Source of the DNA: Verrucomicrobiia bacterium | GTDB taxonomy: Bacteria; Verrucomicrobiota; Verrucomicrobiia; Limisphaerales; UBA1100 | DNA length: 64,000 bases | Direction of reading: 5' to 3' | Assembly: GCA_014239365.1 (NCBI GenBank) | Contig: JAAZZB010000001.1 | Location: forward strand, 6,494-70,493 | Part shown: in pieces, positions 58,221-64,000 of the stretch | Layout of the letters: every line of letters begins with the position of its first letter | Numbering within the stretch: the stretch's first letter is position 1 | Notes under the pieces: generated by a model | The model's database searches: none | Seen by the model: only the letters and a program-made list of their open reading frames with translations | Told to the model about the DNA's origin: nothing | Translations under genes and position numbers: made by a program

Positions 58221-58817
58221 ATGGCTGAACGCGACGACAACACTCCGGAAGAAGAGGCCGAGTTTTGGCCGAATTATGTTCCGGTGCCGCCGCAGTTTCA
58301 TTCGTTTATGGAGGAAGGGCCGTTTGCCAAATGCACTTTGTGCGATGGGGCGTTGTTGGAGGATGGCACGGCGTATTTGATTCACAAAGCGTTTCATCGC
58401 GAGGAGGTCATTTTTGAATACGCGATGTGCCTGCCGTGCCGCGCGAAAATGCAGGGTGAACTTTCGGTGGAATCGATCGAGGCCATCAACGCGTATATGG
58501 AGCAGTACGAAATCGAGGATCGCACGGGGCCGATGATGGAGGCGCACGGCACGGATGTTTCGCGCTGGCTTTCGCATTGTCTCGTCACCGGCGCGCCCAT
58601 TGCCGAGGCGGAGGAGTATCATTACTACGCCTTTTGCGATGGGCCGGATTTGGTGTTCAACGGATTACCGATTGCGCTCGCGGGCAATGTGGATGAAGAA
58701 CTTAACGAGTTGCTCTCACAAAAAACCCGCGATCGATTGGATGGGTTTGTGGATGAACAATTTGGGTTGCCCCCGGAATTGCGAAATCCGATTAAGGGGA
58801 GTCCGGTTTTTATTTAA
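58221..58817 (+). CDS. Hypothetical protein with a CxxC...CxxC pair
   Basis: ATG at 58221. 198 aa, acidic. The sequence [20 protein letters not shown] suggests a zinc ribbon. I recognise no family. Confidence 0.55.
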   Translation: MAERDDNTPEEEAEFWPNYVPVPPQFHSFMEEGPFAKCTLCDGALLEDGTAYLIHKAFHREEVIFEYAMCLPCRAKMQGELSVESIEAINAYMEQYEIEDRTGPMMEAHGTDVSRWLSHCLVTGAPIAEAEEYHYYAFCDGPDLVFNGLPIALAGNVDEELNELLSQKTRDRLDGFVDEQFGLPPELRNPIKGSPVFI

Positions 58818-58898
58818 TTGGTTTATACCAAAGAGGTGCCTCTGTTTTGAATCTTTCCTTGAACAAATCCCCCCTCCGCACCAGTCTAAATCTCATCG

Positions 58899-60302
58899 AT
58901 GCTTGATTTCATTGGCAACAAAGTAACGCATTGCGATGGTGTTTCGCGGCGTAGTTTTCTGCGTGCGGGCGCGTTGGGCGTGGGCGGGTTGACGCTTGCG
59001 GATGTGTTGCGCGCGGAGGCCGCGAACGGCAAATCACATAAAGCCGTCATCAACATCCATCTCGATGGCGGGCCACCGCAGATGGATATGATCGATCCCA
59101 AACCGGAAGCCCCCGCGGAATTACGCGGCGAATTTTCCTCCATCAAAACTAAAATCCCCGGCGTGCATCTCACTGAGTTGATGCCACAAGTGGCGGCTGC
59201 AGCCGACAAGTTTGTTTTTCTGCGCTCGCTCGTGGGCAGTGCCGGTCGGCACGATGGGTTTCAGTGTCAAAGCGGTTATCACATCAAAGAGCTGGCTAGC
59301 ATCGGCGGGCGACCTGCGATGGGTTGCGTGGTGGATCAATTGCTTGGCTCAAATGGAAATGCTCCGGCGTTTGTGGATCTGATGCAAGGCCGTCCGCTGG
59401 CACGTAACAGCGCGCGCGCGGGTTTTCTCGGGCCGGCGTTCAAGCCATTCCGTCCAGACATTTCGCACCTGTTCCAGCGCGAACTGGAGGAAGGGATGAA
59501 GGGCGAGCTGGCGCGACTTGGCAAAGATCATCAGGTTAATCTCAAACTCATCGCGGGCCTCAACGCGGAGCGGCTGGACGATCGCGTCGGTTTGCTTCAG
59601 CAATTCGATGGCATCCGCCGCGCTGTCAATCAAAGTGGCACGGTGGATGCGATGGATCGTTTTAATCAACAAGCCGTCGGTATTCTCACTTCCGGCAAGT
59701 TTGCCGACGCAATGAATTTTGCAAAGGAAGACCCCAAAGTGCTCGCGCGCTACACGCCGCGCCACAAAGAAGAAGGCGCGCGCGGCACGACCGCTGATGG
59801 CTACAACGCCTCGCGCAAACTGCTGCTCGCCCGCCGCCTCATCGAAGCCGGCGTGCGCGTGGTGAGCGTGAGCTTCAGCGATTTCGACACGCACTCCAGC
59901 AACTTCAGCCGAATGCGCCACCTCGTGCCCGTGGTTGATCACGCGCTCGCCACGCTCGTGGCCGATCTGGGCGATCGCGGGATGCTCGATGATGTGCTCA
60001 TCGTCGCGTGGGGCGAATTCGGGCGCACGCCAAAGGTCAACGCCAAGGGTGGGCGCGATCATTGGCCGCGCGTTTCGCCGGGGTTGATGGCCGGCGGCGG
60101 TATTCGCACCGGCCAAGTCATCGGCGCCACCGATAAAATTGCCGCCGAACCCACCGAACGCCCTGTGCATTATCAGGATGTGATGGCCACGATGTACCAA
60201 CACCTCGGCTTGGATCCGAACGCCACCACCGTGAACGACACCACCGGTCGCCCACAATATCTGTGCGACACCGGTCGGCCGATTCGGGAGTTGGTGGGTT
60301 AG
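58899..60302 (+). CDS. DUF1501 domain protein (sulfatase-fold, Tat-signal)
   Basis: Twin-arginine-like VSRRSFLRAGALGVGGL, then DFDTHSSNF and GEFGRTPKVNAKGGRDHW, the hallmark DUF1501 blocks. Confidence 0.88.
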   Translation: MLDFIGNKVTHCDGVSRRSFLRAGALGVGGLTLADVLRAEAANGKSHKAVINIHLDGGPPQMDMIDPKPEAPAELRGEFSSIKTKIPGVHLTELMPQVAAAADKFVFLRSLVGSAGRHDGFQCQSGYHIKELASIGGRPAMGCVVDQLLGSNGNAPAFVDLMQGRPLARNSARAGFLGPAFKPFRPDISHLFQRELEEGMKGELARLGKDHQVNLKLIAGLNAERLDDRVGLLQQFDGIRRAVNQSGTVDAMDRFNQQAVGILTSGKFADAMNFAKEDPKVLARYTPRHKEEGARGTTADGYNASRKLLLARRLIEAGVRVVSVSFSDFDTHSSNFSRMRHLVPVVDHALATLVADLGDRGMLDDVLIVAWGEFGRTPKVNAKGGRDHWPRVSPGLMAGGGIRTGQVIGATDKIAAEPTERPVHYQDVMATMYQHLGLDPNATTVNDTTGRPQYLCDTGRPIRELVG

Positions 60303-60429
60303 GACTGGCCTTTCGGTCTGGCTGCGGCGTGCTCGGAGAGCCCGCCCTACCTTTTAGATTTCTCAAATTTCATAAGTTTCAAAATAATAGAAATGTTGCA
60401 TTGCCGCCTTTGGTGTGAAGAATGTGGCA

Positions 60430-61299
60430 ATGGATGTTGCGGTATTTGGAGCGAGCGGATTTATTGGGCGCCACACTTGTGAGCAGTTGCGCGCGGATGG
60501 CTTGGCGGTGCGCGAATTGGCGCGGCGGAGCGATCCGCCGATGGACGCGCTGCGGGCGACAGAGGCGGAATTGGCCGGGGCGATTTTGGGATGCGATGCG
60601 GTGGTGAATGTGATTGGCATCAAGTGCCCAGACGGAGAGCAGACGTTTCACGCAATGCACGTGACGGTGTTGGAGAAAATTCTTGCGTCAATGGGCGAGG
60701 CGGGCGTGCGGCGGTTGGTGAACATTAGCGTGGTGGTCAGCAAACCCGATCCGGGCAGCGCGTATCACGACACCAAATGGCAGGCGGACGAATTGCTGCG
60801 CGCCAGCGGCGTGGATTGGACGTTGCTTAAACCCGGCGTGGTGTACGGGCGCGGTGACAATATGCTCGGCCATCTTACGCAGATGATTGGCCTCACGCGG
60901 TTTTTTCCGATCGTGGATCGAGGCCGTTCAAAAATGCAGCCGGTGTGCGTGCTGGACGTCGCGGCGGCCATTTCCGCGTGTGTGCAAAAGCCGGAGACGA
61001 TTGGAAAAACTTTTGACGTCGTTGGCCCCGCGCCGATGGAATTGCGGAAGATTGTCCGCATGGTGGCCGAGGCGATGGGTGAGCCGGTGGTCATCCTGCC
61101 CACGCCGTATCACTTGATGAAACCGGCGGTGCACGTGATGGGTTGGGTGATGCGCGAACCGCTGTCTACCCCGGCCCAATTGCAAATGTTGCGCGAGGGA
61201 ATGACGGGTGACGTGGAGCCGATGCAGCAGGAATTGGGCGTGGAGCCGAGGGCGTTTACGGCGGAGAATATTCGGGGGCTGTTGCCGGGGGCGGAATGA
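60430..61299 (+). CDS. NAD(P)H-binding SDR-family protein (NDUFA9/NmrA-like)
   Basis: MDVAVFGASGFIGRH is a Rossmann GxxGxxG. Further blocks are ..YHDTKWQADE.. (YxxxK) and LLKPGVVYG. The track start GTG at 60415 is also possible. Confidence 0.75.
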   Translation: MDVAVFGASGFIGRHTCEQLRADGLAVRELARRSDPPMDALRATEAELAGAILGCDAVVNVIGIKCPDGEQTFHAMHVTVLEKILASMGEAGVRRLVNISVVVSKPDPGSAYHDTKWQADELLRASGVDWTLLKPGVVYGRGDNMLGHLTQMIGLTRFFPIVDRGRSKMQPVCVLDVAAAISACVQKPETIGKTFDVVGPAPMELRKIVRMVAEAMGEPVVILPTPYHLMKPAVHVMGWVMREPLSTPAQLQMLREGMTGDVEPMQQELGVEPRAFTAENIRGLLPGAE

Positions 61300-61412
61300 C
61301 CAAATTCCAATGACCAAATCCCAAGGAATTCCCAAGACCCAAATCTCAAATTTGGTTATTGGAAATTGATTATTCTTTGGGCCTTGGGTTTTGGGCCTTG
61401 GTCATTTCCCCT
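61295..61412 (+). repeat. AATGACCAA-family palindromic element, copy 3
   Basis: aatgaccaaattcc aatgaccaaatccc aaggaattcccaagaccc..gggccttgggttttgggccttggtcatttcccct. It spans the whole gap between convergent stops and contains both stop codons. Confidence 0.8.
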
Positions 61413-62322
61413 ACATCCGAAAATCTTCGGCCTTCTTTTTTTCCTGTTTGTTCAGCACGCGCATATCGAGGCCGTCGTAGATGACGAGTGATTTTGGCGC
61501 GACGCTGTCCATAATGAACACGTTGCCGCCGATGGTGCTGTGCGCGCCGATGACGGTGCTGCCGCCGAGGATGGTGGCGCCGGGATAAATGGTGACGTGA
61601 TCTTCAATGGTGGGATGGCGCTTCTTGCCGCGCAGCCCTTGGCCGGCGGAAGTGGAGCGCGCGCCGAGGGTGACGCCGTGATACATCTTCACGTGATCGC
61701 CGATGATCGTCGTTTCGCCCACCACGCAGCCGGTGCCGTGATCGATGAAAAAGTGATGGCCGATGGTTGCGCCGGGGTGGAGATCCATTCCGGTGCGCGC
61801 GTGTGCCCACTCGGTCATAATGCGCGGCAGCAGCGCGACGTTTTTTTTGTAAAGCACGTGGGCCATCCGTTGCACGGAGATGGCCTCGATGAATGGATAG
61901 CTGACGATAATTTCCTCGTGGCTCTTGGCGGCGGGATCGCCATTGAAGGCGGCCTCCACATCGGTGCTGAGAATGTTCCGCACGTTGGGTAATTCAGCGA
62001 GCAAATGCATCGTCAACTCGCGCGCGGCTTCGCGTGGGTTGGCTTTGGCGGCTTCGGTGGGTGGAGAGTGCTCGATGCTCTTGAGCAATTCATCTTCGAG
62101 CTTGCCCGCGACGGCGTCCATCAGCAGCGCCGTTTCCATTTTTAACTCGGACGAATGTGTGACCTTGTCATCAAAAAAACCGGGGAAGAGCAGCGCCAAT
62201 AAATCTGACGTGATGGACACCGTGCCGCTTTTGGAAGGCAGATTGGTGCCGTCCAAATGATTGATGCCGCCCACGCTGGCGTACGAGGCAATCAGTTCAT
62301 CGGTGAGTTTAGTAATTTTCAC
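61411..62322 (-). CDS. cysE: Serine O-acetyltransferase
   Basis: Left-handed beta-helix hexapeptide region DLHPGATIGHHFFIDHGTGCVVGETTIIGDHVKMYHGVTLGA, with an N-terminal helical SAT domain. Confidence 0.88.
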   Translation of the reverse strand: MKITKLTDELIASYASVGGINHLDGTNLPSKSGTVSITSDLLALLFPGFFDDKVTHSSELKMETALLMDAVAGKLEDELLKSIEHSPPTEAAKANPREAARELTMHLLAELPNVRNILSTDVEAAFNGDPAAKSHEEIIVSYPFIEAISVQRMAHVLYKKNVALLPRIMTEWAHARTGMDLHPGATIGHHFFIDHGTGCVVGETTIIGDHVKMYHGVTLGARSTSAGQGLRGKKRHPTIEDHVTIYPGATILGGSTVIGAHSTIGGNVFIMDSVAPKSLVIYDGLDMRVLNKQEKKKAEDFRM

Positions 62323-62367
62323 GCGGGCACAGTTAACCGCACGCGGGGAGTCGGCGCAAGGGCGGAG

Positions 62368-63432
62368 CTACATGGCGCGCGCCACGGCGGCGGCGGCTTG
62401 GGCGGGGGTGATGGTGGTGAGGCAGCGCAAATCGATGGGGCATTTTTTTAGAAAACAAGGCGCGCAGGGGGCGGTGGTGCGGAGGAATTGATGGGGGGAA
62501 TTGTCGTCATCGGGCAAACCGGGCGCGGTGAGTTCGGGGCTGGTGCTGCCGAAGGGGACGATGACCGGCGTGCCCACGGCGGCGGCGACGTGCATTGGGC
62601 CGGTGTCGTTGGTGAGCACGGCATTGCATTCGGCGAGGGCAGTGACGAGTTCGGTGAGCGATGTTTTGTCGGCGAGGTTGGTGATGTGTTCGGCGGGGAG
62701 TGCGTTGGCGATTTCGGCGGCGGTTTCCACATCGCCTTTGCCGCCGAAGATCAGCAAGTGGGCTTGGTGTTTTTCGATGAGGATTTTTCCTGCTTCGATG
62801 AAATGCTCGGTTGGCCAGCGTTTGGCGGGGCCGTATTCGGCTCCGGCAATGAGGCCGATTTTTGGGGTGCCGGAATTTTTTGTTGTCGGAGTTTTTAGGC
62901 GTAGCGTAGGTGCGGTGGGATTTTCGCTAGCGCCGAGTTGTTTGGCGAGGTGAAGATATTGATGAATGTGATGGGCGCGGGCGGGATATTTTTCGGGCGG
63001 AAGATCGTTGGTGATGCGGTATTCGATATCCAGCGGCAGCCGTTTGTGCATCGGCACGGCGTGAGGGTGGGGGGCAATTGGCTCGGTGAGAAACCACTTG
63101 CGCCAGCGGCTGGCGTAGCCGATGCGGCGGGGGATGTTCGCGTGCCAACACTCGAGGGCGCTGCGCGGGGAATTGGGCAGGATAAGCGCGGTGTCGAAAC
63201 GATGCTCGCGCAGGCGTTGGCCGATGGTGAACGGGGATTCGCCCTTTGCAAATGTGAGCACTTCGTCGAAGTGCTCGGTGCCGTCCCAAAGGCCGGCGAG
63301 CTTTTCGTGGGTGAGGAGAGTGAAGCGCGCTTTGGGGTGTGCTTCGCGCAATCGATCGATGGCGGGCAAAGCCATAATGGCATCGCCGAGCCAATTGACT
63401 CCGCGGATGAGAATGTTTTGCGGCGTGCTCAT
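62368..63432 (-). CDS. ADP-heptose:LPS heptosyltransferase (GT9)
   Basis: ATG at 63432. NILIRGVNWLGDAIMALPAIDRLREAHPKARFTLL.. and the C-terminal NDTGPMHVAAAVGTPVIVPFGSTSP. Confidence 0.85.
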   Translation of the reverse strand: MSTPQNILIRGVNWLGDAIMALPAIDRLREAHPKARFTLLTHEKLAGLWDGTEHFDEVLTFAKGESPFTIGQRLREHRFDTALILPNSPRSALECWHANIPRRIGYASRWRKWFLTEPIAPHPHAVPMHKRLPLDIEYRITNDLPPEKYPARAHHIHQYLHLAKQLGASENPTAPTLRLKTPTTKNSGTPKIGLIAGAEYGPAKRWPTEHFIEAGKILIEKHQAHLLIFGGKGDVETAAEIANALPAEHITNLADKTSLTELVTALAECNAVLTNDTGPMHVAAAVGTPVIVPFGSTSPELTAPGLPDDDNSPHQFLRTTAPCAPCFLKKCPIDLRCLTTITPAQAAAAVARAM

Positions 63433-64000
63433 TTTGATTTGGACTTGGATTTGGGCCGGGGTTTCCAGCGGTTGTGAACCCAGAACCAGTTGGCGGGATC
63501 GCGTCGGATGTAATCTTCCTGCGCGGCGATGATGTCGCGGGTGATGGCTTCGGTGGTGCGGCGCTTGCCGTTTTCGCGCAGTGGGATTTCTTCGCCGAGT
63601 TCGAGCTTCCACTGTCCAAGGCCGGTGCGAAAACAGGCGGAAGGAAACAGGCGGCAGCCATAACGCTTGGCCATCACGGCGGGGGCGGCACTGACGGAGG
63701 CTTCGCGGCCGAACACCGGCAAGCGGAGGCCGCCATCGCCGGCGTGTTGATCGGCGAGCAATCCCAGCAAAAGGGAAGGCTGCTTCATCGTTTTCTTGAG
63801 TTGTGGGCCTTCGTCGCGTCGTTCAAAGTAGAGGCAACCGGAGGCTTTGCGGAGTGAGAGCATCAGTTTGGTTAACTTCCGTTGGCGGAGGCCGCGGTAG
63901 GTGGTGACGACTTGGCCGGAGGGCACGGCGAGTTTCATCCACGCGAAGAGCTCGAAATTTCCGAAGTGGCCGACGGCAAGCAGAATGCGTTCGTTCGGAT
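63429..64000 (-). CDS. Lipid A biosynthesis (LpxL-family) acyltransferase; the 5' end runs off the window
   Basis: The frame continues upstream of the track ATG: ..GHFGNFELFAWMKLA.. is the H(x)4E/D acyltransferase motif. The C-terminus is ..DPANWFWVHNRWKPRPKSKSKSK. It has an ATGA-type overlap with the GT9 gene. Confidence 0.75.
   Translation of the reverse strand, partial: PNERILLAVGHFGNFELFAWMKLAVPSGQVVTTYRGLRQRKLTKLMLSLRKASGCLYFERRDEGPQLKKTMKQPSLLLGLLADQHAGDGGLRLPVFGREASVSAAPAVMAKRYGCRLFPSACFRTGLGQWKLELGEEIPLRENGKRRTTEAITRDIIAAQEDYIRRDPANWFWVHNRWKPRPKSKSKSK

Overview
High-GC (about 60% by eye) chromosomal segment. The gene content looks like a PVC-superphylum bacterium (Verrucomicrobiota/Planctomycetota-like); that assignment is inference from DUF1501, sulfatase, a Bat/MoxR-VWA operon, a PilB-secretin cluster, giant secreted proteins and abundant GC-rich palindromic intergenic repeats. 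I can support about 45 CDS, 2 tRNAs and several repeat families. I see no rRNA, CRISPR array, intact IS element or prophage.

Layout:
- der (partial), tRNA-Glu and tRNA-Asp.
- A 1.2-kb cassette (lipoprotein, DUF4160/DUF2442 pair) bracketed by two direct copies of a 206-bp foldback repeat.
- A 7-gene translationally coupled MoxR / ABC / DUF58 / BatA / VWA operon on the minus strand.
- A 2310-codon secreted multi-protease ORF.
- PQQ-propeller and EF-hand genes, and a thioredoxin-fold gene interrupted by an in-frame TGA.
- Sulfatase, DUF3500, a PHP-like hydrolase and pyruvate carboxylase.
- A PilB / PilMN / PilO / secretin cluster, a GT2 gene and an AsmA-like giant.
- An operon of M20 peptidase, two fused membrane spermidine-synthase-like genes and DUF3445.
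- MFS transporter, hicAB, a half-length carB and ruvB.
- DUF1501, an SDR, cysE, a heptosyltransferase and an LpxL-like gene (partial).

Most interesting:
1. The in-frame TGA falls exactly at the catalytic Cys position of the thioredoxin fold and has a downstream hairpin. This is a candidate selenoprotein.
2. The giant ORF appears to nest an FTP-PepSY-gluzincin module, itself interrupted by a six-blade NHL-like propeller, inside a reprolysin-like metzincin.
3. An integrase-arm-like N-terminus lies in frame with that ORF, with three GTTGTTACC repeats just upstream.
4. A 14-nt tandem array sits in a divergent promoter region and belongs to a dispersed AATGACCAA repeat family.

All domain names come from reading motifs by eye. 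No HMM or BLAST search was run.
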